Positions 40,237-49,731 of a DNA stretch of 64,000 nt are shown piece by piece (position 1 is the first letter of the stretch; each line of letters opens with the position of its first letter). Origin of the DNA: an uncultured Verrucomicrobiae bacterium (GTDB lineage Bacteria; Verrucomicrobiota; Verrucomicrobiia; Chthoniobacterales; JAFAMB01); contig CAVXLD010000005.1 of the NCBI GenBank assembly GCA_963762565.1, positions 64,001 through 128,000 of the forward strand. The letters are read 5' to 3'. The notes beneath the pieces were generated by a model. That model was not told the origin of the DNA. It was given only the letters and a program-made list of their open reading frames with translations, and made no database searches. Position numbers and translations under genes: made by a program.

Positions 40237-41139
40237 TCAACTAATCGCGATGGGGTGAACCCATGAACCAGTCGCGCCGGCCAGGCGTAACGGCGTGATA
40301 ATCAATAGAAATTCGTACACGCGTTCCTTAGCCAGGTCCTCAAGATACAAATTCTCCACATGGGTAATTCCATTGTGCACGAGAAAATAGCGGTGCACGG
40401 AATGATCCAAGGGCGGAACGGCCTCTACCGACATGTTATCGGCGCCAACCAGATTCATTCCGAGGCGATGCAATGTCTTGGCGGCTTCCAGGTTTAACCC
40501 GGCAATTGCATCTCGAGAAACTAAATTGCCAGTGATCAGATGTTGAGAAAACCCGGTTCGGATCAGAACGGCGGTTTGCGGGCGAATCTCCGTTTTCTGT
40601 TCTTTCAGGGTCGCTTCAATGTCCTCAGCGGTAATCTGATAATTATCTGGTAAAATCGACGTACGACGGTTACCAGCAACATCGAGCAGGACACCTCGCT
40701 GAACGATCGGAGGCATTTCTGCGATGCTGAGATGTTGTTGGCCGTTCATATCCACCATCTCGGCAGCCCTCACCGTCTTACCGGCCCCGGCGTACAATCT
40801 TATTTCGCCCGCGGGATCCGGGTCACCGTTTTGATCTTGGGCTTCACCGATATGGCAAAGCGCGTCGATATGCGTGCCGGTGTGGCAAGACATGGTTATC
40901 GCTTCGGCAGCAGCGGAGGCCGGAGCTAAAACCTTGATATCACCGTGGCGAAATCGAGTATTGAGTGTGTAAGGCGCCATTGGACCCGGCACGGGAATTC
41001 CTTCCCGATAAATAACGGCCAGGCTGTGAACGGTTCCGGTCTTGATCAGGCTTAGTAAGTCTGGTGTTAAACGGGGAACGGGTAACGCTCCGTATGGAGC
41101 CAGTTTGCCGGCGCGAATTTCGGTTGAAGAATCTGACAT
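40237..41139 (-). CDS. Cyclase family metal-dependent hydrolase (kynurenine formamidase-like)
   Basis: HTGTHIDALCH, RGVLLD, LIRTG, HVENL and GATGS. Confidence 0.92.
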   Translation of the reverse strand: MSDSSTEIRAGKLAPYGALPVPRLTPDLLSLIKTGTVHSLAVIYREGIPVPGPMAPYTLNTRFRHGDIKVLAPASAAAEAITMSCHTGTHIDALCHIGEAQDQNGDPDPAGEIRLYAGAGKTVRAAEMVDMNGQQHLSIAEMPPIVQRGVLLDVAGNRRTSILPDNYQITAEDIEATLKEQKTEIRPQTAVLIRTGFSQHLITGNLVSRDAIAGLNLEAAKTLHRLGMNLVGADNMSVEAVPPLDHSVHRYFLVHNGITHVENLYLEDLAKERVYEFLLIITPLRLAGATGSWVHPIAIS

Positions 41140-41259
41140 AGGCGGGGGATTTCAGGGTGAGAGGTGATTGGTGAGAGGTGACTGGTGATCGGACTTAAGA
41201 GGTGCAAAGCACTTTAAAAGGTACGGCAATTCGGCACAGGCGCGCACTACCCAGTACTC

Positions 41260-41425
41260 CATCACTCCGCGCTGCGGGGTTCGAGGACAGCTTGTCTGCC
41301 GTAGCCCACGCTCTACGTTGCCGACCGCTCGAAGTCGGCCTCGCAAGCGAGGCGCGCTCCACAACCAGGACGTTGGCGAAGGCGGAAGGACGACGACGAG
41401 GACGAGAACGAAGCCCCTTGTGAGC
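41260..41425 (+). repeat. Composite repeat, right copy flanking the cyclase gene
   Basis: Direct repeat of 40045-40222, lacking the cgactgagctcgccgaag insert. Confidence 0.9.
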
Positions 41426-41484
41426 GCCGGGCTTCCATTTGACAATCCGCATTTTGAAGGTTACGGCTGCCGATTCTTTCGCTA

Positions 41485-42075
41485 GTGAGAGGCTACCTGT
41501 TGTTCTTCTTGATGTTGTTGGTTGCGGCGGACATCAAAGCGCGTCCTGCCGTTGTGGTGATTGATCCGGGACACGGCGGATTCGATCGAGGTGGTATGCC
41601 TGGTCAGTTTCTCCCGGAAAAGCCCTACACTCTTGATGTCGCCATACGATTGGCGCGGATACTCAGAGCGGACGGGGGAATCAAAGTCGTTCTTACCCGG
41701 AACGCTGACTATTATGTTTCCTTGCCCGAGCGAACCAGCATCGCGAATGCCTACGCCGGTTACAACGCCGTCTTCGTGTCGATCCATTTCAATGGTGCCT
41801 GGCGTAAAGGCGCGTATGGAATCGAGACCTATTATTATAACTCACGGGCGTATCGGCTGGCGGCGTTAATCCATCCCCGCGTGATTCAGGCGCTGGGCAG
41901 CATTGATCGCCGGATCCGGCGCCGCGGTTATTTTGTTCTACGTCGGAACCGATTGCCGGCCGTGTTGGTCGAATGTGGTTTTCTAACTAATCCGGCAGAA
42001 GCAGCCCGCATCGTGACGCCCGCCGCCCGTGAAAATATTGCCAGCGCAATCGCCGCCGGGATCGAGAGGTACTGA
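41485..42075 (+). CDS. N-acetylmuramoyl-L-alanine amidase (Amidase_3)
   Basis: VVIDPGHGG, EK, FVSIHFN and PAVLVECGFLTN; signal peptide. Confidence 0.95.
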   Translation: MRGYLLFFLMLLVAADIKARPAVVVIDPGHGGFDRGGMPGQFLPEKPYTLDVAIRLARILRADGGIKVVLTRNADYYVSLPERTSIANAYAGYNAVFVSIHFNGAWRKGAYGIETYYYNSRAYRLAALIHPRVIQALGSIDRRIRRRGYFVLRRNRLPAVLVECGFLTNPAEAARIVTPAARENIASAIAAGIERY

Positions 42076-42186
42076 CGGTGTTCGAGCTGCGAGTCACTTG
42101 GAGGAAATACGCGGCAGCCGAAAAGGAAAGCTTCATCAATTTAGGCCTTCAAAGTCTCCGCTGGGTCCGATAAGGTTCGTAGCTCG

Positions 42187-43704
42187 TTGCCCCAAACTGA
42201 CATCCTGGTTATCGGCGCCGGCCCTTCCGGTCTGTTCGTGGCCAGCGAACTCGCCCGCCACGGCATAGAGGTGCGGCTGGTCGAGAAGGACGTGCAACGG
42301 CACAGACAGGCTCGCGCCACAGCGATCCAACCTGGCACCCTTGAGATCTTGGATTCCGTCGATCTGCTTTCGCCGTTCCTTGAGGCGGCCGAGCACGTCC
42401 GGTGCACTCGCTTGTACAGGACGGACCTGTCCGAGATTGACAACGCGACCTTCGAGGGCATCGACTGCCGCTGTGGATTTCTGTGCAGCCTCCCTCAGTA
42501 CGAGACCGAGCGAATCCTGGAGGCCCACCTCAAGTCGCTCGGCGGCACGGTCGAGCGCGGGGTCACGGTGACAAAGTTGGACTTGGACGGCGACGGCGTC
42601 TTGGCCGAGCTCGTGCACGGGGAGGGCGCCATCGAGACGGTCCACGCCGGTGTCGTCATCGGAGCGGGCGGGGCGCACAGCGTCACTCGCGACTCGATGG
42701 ATCTATCGCTTGAGGGCGGTACCTATCAGGGCCATTTCCTCGTCGCCGACATCGCTATGCAGACATCCTTGCCACGCGACGAGACCAGTTTCTTCTTCGG
42801 TCCAGCTGGCTTGCTGCTGCTTGCGCCGCTTCCGGGCGGGCGGTGGCTTAGTTTTCAAGATTTGGAAGAGGCGGTCGAGACTGTATCCGCTGAGGAGGTT
42901 GTCGCCCGGATCGAGCGACGACTCGGCGGGAGGTGGCGACCTGCGGACGTCGCCTGGTTCTCGCCGTTTCGGATGCATCGGCGGATCGTATCGCGCCTGA
43001 CAGACGGCAGGCGTTTTCTAATCGGCGACGCGGCGCACCTCTCGAGTCCATTTGGTGGCGAAGGACTCAATTCGGGACTGCATGACGGCTACGACCTGGC
43101 CTGGAAGCTTGCGCTGGTCTTGCGCGGCCACGCGCGCCGGTGGTTGCTAGACGACTACGCGCTGGAGCGGAGGATCGCGGACCGCCACGTCCTGGAGGTT
43201 TCGGACGAGGTCCACCGCGCAGTCGTGGGCATCGCGGACGCCGTCCGGCAGGGCCGTGAAGTGCCCGCCGAAAAGGTCGACCCGGTCGCGGCGGCGCTGC
43301 AGCGCAACGCGCGCGCCATGATCGACGTCGACTACACTGGGAGCCCGCTCGTTATCGATTACGTGCCAGATGGAACCGGCGTGGCGGAACCGCATCCCGG
43401 GCAGCGTTATCCGGACTGGACGCGTTTCGGCGGGACTTCCCACCGCGTGCTTGTTTTTGGGCCCGTCACGGACGCCGAGCGGCTTGCACGGCTGGGCCGC
43501 CGGTGGGACAAACGCGTGGAGATCTCGCACAATCCCGATGTCAATCCCGTCCGCGCTGGCGTTGGAACGGGCGGCGTGGTCCTGATCCGTCCCGACGGCC
43601 ACATTGGCTTCCGGTTCCCCTCCGTCGACGCGGAAGCGATCGCCGCACTCGATCGCCATCTCGCCTCGTATCTGATTCCGGACCCTTCCATCGGTCCGGT
43701 TTAG
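42187..43704 (+). CDS. FAD-dependent monooxygenase (aromatic hydroxylase family)
   Basis: GAGPSG, GDAAH...GGEGLNSG.HD..DLAWKL and LIRPDGHI. Confidence 0.93.
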   Translation: MPQTDILVIGAGPSGLFVASELARHGIEVRLVEKDVQRHRQARATAIQPGTLEILDSVDLLSPFLEAAEHVRCTRLYRTDLSEIDNATFEGIDCRCGFLCSLPQYETERILEAHLKSLGGTVERGVTVTKLDLDGDGVLAELVHGEGAIETVHAGVVIGAGGAHSVTRDSMDLSLEGGTYQGHFLVADIAMQTSLPRDETSFFFGPAGLLLLAPLPGGRWLSFQDLEEAVETVSAEEVVARIERRLGGRWRPADVAWFSPFRMHRRIVSRLTDGRRFLIGDAAHLSSPFGGEGLNSGLHDGYDLAWKLALVLRGHARRWLLDDYALERRIADRHVLEVSDEVHRAVVGIADAVRQGREVPAEKVDPVAAALQRNARAMIDVDYTGSPLVIDYVPDGTGVAEPHPGQRYPDWTRFGGTSHRVLVFGPVTDAERLARLGRRWDKRVEISHNPDVNPVRAGVGTGGVVLIRPDGHIGFRFPSVDAEAIAALDRHLASYLIPDPSIGPV

Positions 43705-43757
43705 GGCAAGAAGGACGCCGCCGAGAATTAGACCGAACGCCGAGAAGGCGCATTCCA

Positions 43758-43826
43758 GCCCCAAAAGTTTGACATTTGTACATCACGGCCCCGAAAGCTT
43801 GACATTTGTACATCATAGATGTACAA
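43758..43826 (+). promoter_or_regulatory. Duplicated -35 box and GntR(YtrA)-type operator
   Basis: 30-nt direct repeat with TTGACA at 43769 and 43799; palindrome TTGTACATC-ATA-GATGTACAA at 43806-43826. Confidence 0.8.
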
Positions 43827-43848
43827 ACTCCATAACCTTACGTCGCCC

Positions 43849-44238
43849 ATGCTACGGATCGATTTAGCATCCCGGGTTTCGGTTTATGAGCAGATCGCCA
43901 ACGGTCTCAGGGCAGAGCTGGTGGCGGGAACATTCAGTCCCGGCGAGAAGCTCCCAACAGTCCGGACCCTGGCCATCAATCTGGGGGTTCATCACAACAC
44001 GGTAGCGGAAGCGTATCGCCAGCTGGCGAACGAAGGTTGGTTGGAATTGAAACGGCACCACGGGGCAATCGTCCGTGAACGTGATCAGCCTGCAGCCGGA
44101 CCCGATACGATGGAGCGGTTTACGCGGCCGTTACGAGAGCTGATTGCGAAGGGGTTGGCGGATGGACTGTCACCGAGTTCGCTTGCCAGAGAGATGATCG
44201 ACACCGCTCGTCGGCTGGAAGGAGAAACATCATTATGA
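43849..44238 (+). CDS. GntR-family (YtrA subfamily) regulator
   Basis: VYEQI, PGEKLPTVRTLA.NLGVHHNTVAEAY.QL; short C-terminus. Confidence 0.93.
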   Translation: MLRIDLASRVSVYEQIANGLRAELVAGTFSPGEKLPTVRTLAINLGVHHNTVAEAYRQLANEGWLELKRHHGAIVRERDQPAAGPDTMERFTRPLRELIAKGLADGLSPSSLAREMIDTARRLEGETSL

Positions 44239-45293
44239 ACCACCAATTGCTCGGCATTAATCTTATCGTTGCTGCCACGATGGGCGGTATCGCCATTCTG
44301 CATCTTGTCATTCTTTGGTTCATGCCGCGCCTAACCCGGCCTGATCTTTACTTTGCGGTTACGGTTCCCTCTGGATTTCGGGATGCACCCTCGGGCAAAT
44401 CCATTCTCCGGCGCTACCGGACTCAGCTGTTCCTTATTTCCTTGCTTGCCCTCTTGATATTCGCTGCCGGTGTTGCCTGGGTTGGTGTCCGCTTTGTTAG
44501 CCTGGGTCTCGTTATTCAGGTCTTCGCCGGATTCACCGCCTTTTACCTGGCGAGGAAACGCACCTTGCCGTACGCGGTGTCGCCCACCGCGGTCCGCGAG
44601 ACGGAGCTACGAGAGCATGAGCGGGTTATTCCTGGCGGCTGGATCGCAGCCCTGGGACCGTTCGTTCTGTTGGCTATCTGCGCCGCCTATCTTTGGTTTC
44701 ATGGGGCAGAACCGCAGTCAAAACCCGGTTCAACGGTATATCTGCTCGCCATGTCCGGGGTCCTAGTTGTACTGAACCTGTTTCTTTACGGCTTAGCTCG
44801 TTGGGTACGACCGCTGTATGCCGGTGGAGCTGAGCATGCTCGCGAATTGAAGTTTCGCCGGACGGTTTCAGTCATTGTCCTCGCAGCGGAATACTACATC
44901 GTCTTACAGGCTTCATGGGTTCTGTTCATTCCGCGTCATCAGCCTCTGATGGCAGTTGCCACGGTACCGTTAGCGTTAATTTTTGCTCTCATTGTGGTGG
45001 TGGTACTTGCGCGTCTAGGTCAAGGCGGCAGCCGCGCACTCGCGGCAGGCCAGAACTCGCTCGGCTCTGCGGTGCCGGTCGGAGACCGAACGCCGGATCA
45101 TTACTGGAAGCTGGGTGTCTTTTACTTCAATCCAGACGATTCAGCCATTTTCGTCGAGAAACGGTTCGGTCTCGGATACAGCATGAACTTTGCCCGGCCA
45201 ATGTCCTGGATCATCGTGGCATTGTTGTTGATGGCGCCGTTGATCCCGATTTTGGCACATGTTACCGGGTTTTTGCCGAAGGTTCGGGGATAG
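44235..45293 (+). CDS. Membrane protein with DUF5808-type C-terminus
   Basis: Several TMs, FAVTVP and WKLGVFYFNPDDSAIFVEKRFGLGYSMNF; ATGA-coupled to gntR. Confidence 0.85.
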   Translation: MNHQLLGINLIVAATMGGIAILHLVILWFMPRLTRPDLYFAVTVPSGFRDAPSGKSILRRYRTQLFLISLLALLIFAAGVAWVGVRFVSLGLVIQVFAGFTAFYLARKRTLPYAVSPTAVRETELREHERVIPGGWIAALGPFVLLAICAAYLWFHGAEPQSKPGSTVYLLAMSGVLVVLNLFLYGLARWVRPLYAGGAEHARELKFRRTVSVIVLAAEYYIVLQASWVLFIPRHQPLMAVATVPLALIFALIVVVVLARLGQGGSRALAAGQNSLGSAVPVGDRTPDHYWKLGVFYFNPDDSAIFVEKRFGLGYSMNFARPMSWIIVALLLMAPLIPILAHVTGFLPKVRG

Positions 45294-45573
45294 CGCTTCG
45301 CGCATAGCCGAGCGAAGCGCATGACAGATTACAAATGACAGATGACAGATCGGATCTGGGCGAGGCAGGGCGAGCAATCGTTCTCGGGGCGCCGAACGCC
45401 GAACGCCGAACGCCGAACGCCGAACGCCGAACGCCAAACGCCAAACGCCAAACGCCAAACGCCAAACGCCAAACGCCCCATCCATCTGCGTAAATCTGCG
45501 TTCATCTCACCCCGGAGAATTTCGGGGCTGCGGTTGGTATTTTCTTCGCGTCGATTCGCGTCCATTCGCGGTT
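45294..45573. repeat. Repeat block: TGACAGA, (GCCGAAC)n(GCCAAAC)n and CGCAGAT array with 22-nt insert (45506-45527)
   Basis: Read directly. Confidence 0.9.
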
Positions 45574-45640
45574 GGCCTAGAATTTGTTGATTTTTGGCCA
45601 GGTCGGGGAACCTATTGTGGGCTAAGGCAGATTCTTGAGC

Positions 45641-47179
45641 ATGACGTTTTACAGCATTTTGTTTCCTGGAGCAGAAGATCCCCAGGCTAGAGAGAGCGCT
45701 GAAGCACCCGAGTTCTTCAAAGACATGAACCTGATCCAAGTGATCGATGCGATCACAGTGGGGAAGGATCTCTATAATCTGAAGCCTCTGTTTTACACCT
45801 ACATGCCCGATATCGATGTCATCGCGTATCGGCACGAAGTGCTTCACGATCTCGAGGACGAGGTGCTGCTCAAGAACCTCAAATCCTTCGCGCAGGAGAT
45901 GATTAGAATGCGCGACTATCTTGCGCAGGCGAGCAAAGTCACTGATGACCGGCAGAAACAACGCTGGTTTTTGGACGCGGTGGGAATTTTTTGCGCCGGC
46001 ATCGACCAGCTTGCCCGCGACCTCAGTTTAGCCAAACTCAAGTCGACCGCGTTAGCGGCATTCCGCGATTATTTGTCGGCCTACGTTGCGTCCAATTCGT
46101 TCAAGACGCTCGATACGGAAACCCGCAAATTGCAAACGGATTTGGACTCGATCCGGTATTCCACGCTCATCCTGGGTTCCGGGACGTTCAAAGTGACGAA
46201 GTATAGAGAGGGCCTGGATTACAGCGCCGAAGTCGAACGGACCTTTAAGAAATTCGAAGAAGGAGCCGCCAAAGAATACAAATATCACTTCCCGAGCTTA
46301 CCCCATCTGAACGTGGTCGAGGCCAAAGTGCTCGAGTTCGTCACCCAGCTCTATCCGGAGATCTTTGAAAATCTAGCCAGTTATTGTTCCCGATACGCGA
46401 ATTATGAGGAGAAACCGATTCAGATTTTTGAGCGCGAGATCCAGTTCTACATCTCCTATCTCGACTATATCGAAACATTAAGGCAGGCCGGCTTGAAATT
46501 TTGTTATCCTGAAATCACCACTGATTCCAAAGAGATCCGCAGCGACGGCGGATTCGATATAGCGTTGGCTTCCAGGCTGGTAGCGGAAGGGCATACGGTG
46601 GTTAGCAACGATTTTCATTTCAAAGATCCAGAGCGCATTTTCTTGGTGACGGGTCCGAACCAGGGTGGAAAAACCACCTTCTCCCGTGAATTCGGTCAGC
46701 TGCATTATTTAGCTGGTATCGGTTGCGTCGTGCCGGGACGAGCAGCCCGAGTGCACTTGTTCGACTACATCATGACTCACTATGAACGGGACGAGTACAT
46801 GACCAATCTGCAGGGCAAGCTCCAGGACGATGTGATCCGCATTCATGAAATTTTGGAACGAGCGACGCCGAACAGCATCATCATTCTGAACGAGATATTT
46901 AGTTCGACTGCGCTGCAGGATGCATTGTTTCTGAGCAAACGGGTGATGGAAAAGATCCGCGAGCTGGACGCGCTGTGTGTTTGGGTAACTTTTGTGGACG
47001 AATTAGCGTCATACTCCGAAAAGGTGGTGAGTATGGTCAGCACAGTGGTTCCGGACAACCCGGCGATACGCACCTATAAAGTGTTCCGCAAACCCGCCGA
47101 AGGGGTTGCCTACGCGTTGACGATCGCCGAGAAGTACGGGCTTACCTACGATCGGGTAAAGGATCGCATCAGTTTATGA
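45641..47179 (+). CDS. MutS-related ATPase (domain V type), subunit A
   Basis: Walker A TGPNQGGKTT, GKLQDD and Walker B variant IIILNEIFSST; no mismatch-recognition domain; 512 aa. Confidence 0.88.
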   Translation: MTFYSILFPGAEDPQARESAEAPEFFKDMNLIQVIDAITVGKDLYNLKPLFYTYMPDIDVIAYRHEVLHDLEDEVLLKNLKSFAQEMIRMRDYLAQASKVTDDRQKQRWFLDAVGIFCAGIDQLARDLSLAKLKSTALAAFRDYLSAYVASNSFKTLDTETRKLQTDLDSIRYSTLILGSGTFKVTKYREGLDYSAEVERTFKKFEEGAAKEYKYHFPSLPHLNVVEAKVLEFVTQLYPEIFENLASYCSRYANYEEKPIQIFEREIQFYISYLDYIETLRQAGLKFCYPEITTDSKEIRSDGGFDIALASRLVAEGHTVVSNDFHFKDPERIFLVTGPNQGGKTTFSREFGQLHYLAGIGCVVPGRAARVHLFDYIMTHYERDEYMTNLQGKLQDDVIRIHEILERATPNSIIILNEIFSSTALQDALFLSKRVMEKIRELDALCVWVTFVDELASYSEKVVSMVSTVVPDNPAIRTYKVFRKPAEGVAYALTIAEKYGLTYDRVKDRISL

Positions 47180-48723
47180 AGGTTTGTCTTCTGCATCCGG
47201 AAAACAATTTTGTGTCGCCGCCCTTACCCTGGAATGAGCGAGCGTTAGCTCAGGACCTGGGACTAGACGCCGTGTTCGGGGTTATGGCGCATCGGGATAA
47301 ATTCCTTTTCGGGGCGATTCGGGATATCGTGCTGGCGAGTCTCACCACGAATGTCGACACCATTCTCTACCGGCAAAGCGTGCTCCAAGATTGTTTGAAA
47401 CATCCGACCGTAGTCCGGGACCTTTACGCCATCGCTGTGAAAGGCGTGGAATGTGAAAACAAAGGGTATTGGGCTTTCTTCGGCAAATATCCCACCGGTC
47501 TCCTCAACCGCTCACTCGAGCTCATCAACATGTTAGTGGATGTACTGAGGAAACTGAGGCACCTGGCGGAAAAACAAACAGAGGGGTTCGACTCTGAGGG
47601 TTTCCGTAATTTGTTCGCCCGGCTTCGCCGGGAGCTGACAGACGAATATCTGCATGATGTCCAGGTCCATCTCAAAGACCTGAGATTTATCGATGGCACT
47701 TTGATTACCGCCAGGTTAGGCGAGGGTAATCGGGGAGCCAATTACGTCCTTCAGAAGTCCCCCGTTAAACGGTCCCGGCTCCAGAGGTTATTCGGCATCG
47801 ACAAACAGTCTGGATTTACCTTCCGGTTGCATCCTCGGGATCAACGCGGTGCTAAAGCATTAGGCGAATATAACGAAAAAGGGATTACCCAAACCGCGAC
47901 TGTCCTCGGTCAATCCGCTGATTATATTCTCAGCTTCTTTAGAACGCTGCGGACCGAACTAGCTTTCTATGTAGGTTGTTTGAACCTGCATCAGGCGTTG
48001 TCAGAAAAGAAAGAGCCGGTTTGTTTCCCGGTGCCGGTCAACGGGGAGGAGCGCCAACATACATTTACCGAATTATATGATGTCGGACTTGCTCTGACTA
48101 TCCGGCCGAAGGTAGTGGGAAACGATTTCCAGGCCCAGGGGAAAGAGCTGGTGATTATTACTGGAGCCAATCAGGGAGGTAAATCCACGTTTTTGCGCAG
48201 TATTGGTCTAGCGCAACTCATGATGCAATCTGGGATGTTTGTGGGAGCGACGTCATTTACTGCTAACATCTGTCCGAACTTATTAACGCATTACCGGCGG
48301 GAAGAGGATGAGACCATGCGGAGCGGTAAATTCGATGAAGAGCTCCAAAGGATGAGTGAGATCGTCGATCATTTGGCGCCTAATTCGCTATTGTTATTCA
48401 ACGAGTCGTTCGCCGCCACCAATGAACGCGAAGGTTCAGAGATTGCTCGCCAGATCGTCAGCGCGCTAGTGGAGCGGCGGATGAAGATCTTTTTTGTATC
48501 TCACCAATATACGTTTACCTCTGGATTCCACGGCCGAGAATGGGACAACGTGACGTTCTTACGAGCGGAAAGAAAAGAGGACGGCACTCGGACCTTTAGG
48601 CTGGCCCAGGCAGAACCTCTGCGCACGAGTTACGGTGAAGATCTCTACAATCGAATCTTCGAAGTTAAACCTGCTCCAGAAGGAACGAAGGAAGCGAGCG
48701 ATTCGGCGTTAGTGAGACGGTGA
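47176..48723 (+). CDS. MutS-related ATPase (domain V type), subunit B
   Basis: TGANQGGKST, SGKFDEEL, LLLFNESFAATNEREG and FVSH; ATGA overlap with subunit A. Confidence 0.88.
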   Translation: MKVCLLHPENNFVSPPLPWNERALAQDLGLDAVFGVMAHRDKFLFGAIRDIVLASLTTNVDTILYRQSVLQDCLKHPTVVRDLYAIAVKGVECENKGYWAFFGKYPTGLLNRSLELINMLVDVLRKLRHLAEKQTEGFDSEGFRNLFARLRRELTDEYLHDVQVHLKDLRFIDGTLITARLGEGNRGANYVLQKSPVKRSRLQRLFGIDKQSGFTFRLHPRDQRGAKALGEYNEKGITQTATVLGQSADYILSFFRTLRTELAFYVGCLNLHQALSEKKEPVCFPVPVNGEERQHTFTELYDVGLALTIRPKVVGNDFQAQGKELVIITGANQGGKSTFLRSIGLAQLMMQSGMFVGATSFTANICPNLLTHYRREEDETMRSGKFDEELQRMSEIVDHLAPNSLLLFNESFAATNEREGSEIARQIVSALVERRMKIFFVSHQYTFTSGFHGREWDNVTFLRAERKEDGTRTFRLAQAEPLRTSYGEDLYNRIFEVKPAPEGTKEASDSALVRR

Positions 48724-49038
48724 CGGCGAGGCGGCGTGTGGGCGTTTGGGCGTAAGTGGACGGAGTGGACTAAGTAGACCCAGTGGACACGGCCGACCCC
48801 AGGGGCGCCGCAGGTAAGAACCTCCACTACGTCTACTCAGTCCACTAGGTCCACTTCGTCCACTTTCGCCGATACGCCGGAACGCCCATACGCCGAATCG
48901 GACCGCCGTCGGGCGGTTCCGAGCCGCATGAATAAAAGACCCTTGCGCTCCGTCTCTAGCTCGGCAACGGTTTGAGCCGAAGCTCAGGACTGCGTCTGCG
49001 GTCTCTGAGCTTTGCTTTAACTAATAGGACATAAGTAC

Positions 49039-49665
49039 ATGAACAGGACTGTTAAAACCAAAACCCTCATTGTGTCGGCCGTCGTCGCGTTTCTTGGACA
49101 GACCGCGATCTCGTTAGCCGGACCAACAGAAACCAGCTCGAAAGAAGTGCTTCCACCGGCTGCTCCGCCTCCGACCTCGTTCTTCAGAGCTAACGAGTTA
49201 GATTTCGGGGTGTTTGCAAGCTATGACAAAGGAGTGGCCGATTTTGCCAATCAAGGGATCGGTGAACACGCCTGGGGTGGCGGTCTCGATGTCGCCTATT
49301 TCCCCTGGTTATATGCGGGATTCAGGTTCCAAGGGTCAGCTATTAATATCAGCCGCGCAGATCAAACCGCTGGCATCGTCGATTATGATGCGGTTCTGCG
49401 ATATCCGCTAGACTTAGTGGTGCCCAACTTTCACCTGGCGCCATATGCATTCGGTGGGGTAGGCGGGTTACTTGGTGGTTTGGATGGAAATAATCGGTCT
49501 GGTGACCAACGAACCGATAGTAAGGTTCTCGGCAATTTTGGTGGCGGTCTCGAGTACCGTTTCACACCGCATGTCGGGATCTTTTCTGAAGCCGCTTACA
49601 ACCTTATTGACGGCCCGCATAACAACGCGGTGCAGGTTAACTGGGGAGCACGCTTCGCGTTCTAA
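49039..49665 (+). CDS. Outer-membrane beta-barrel protein
   Basis: Signal peptide, APYAFGGVG, GGGLEYRFTPHVGIF and terminal Phe. Confidence 0.88.
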   Translation: MNRTVKTKTLIVSAVVAFLGQTAISLAGPTETSSKEVLPPAAPPPTSFFRANELDFGVFASYDKGVADFANQGIGEHAWGGGLDVAYFPWLYAGFRFQGSAINISRADQTAGIVDYDAVLRYPLDLVVPNFHLAPYAFGGVGGLLGGLDGNNRSGDQRTDSKVLGNFGGGLEYRFTPHVGIFSEAAYNLIDGPHNNAVQVNWGARFAF

Positions 49666-49731
49666 CCGGCGAGAAAGCTAACAGACAGGTAGCTGCAGGG
49701 GGAGCCGCGAGCTGGGCTCTCCCTGGCAGTA

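Noticed and set aside
42136..43764. Long antisense/overlapping ORFs within the monooxygenase and other genes
   Set aside because: Expected shadow ORFs in GC-rich coding DNA; no recognisable motifs.
45141..45590. Small ORFs with RTPNAE / AFGVRRS / LSFVICH / ITNHQS repeats (also near 876, 9838, 10176, 17475, 36428, 54677)
   Set aside because: They are translations of intergenic heptamer arrays with no independent coding evidence.
45641..48723. Calling these genes canonical mismatch-repair mutS or mutS2
   Set aside because: Too short; they lack mismatch-recognition and Smr domains and have an atypical Walker B.
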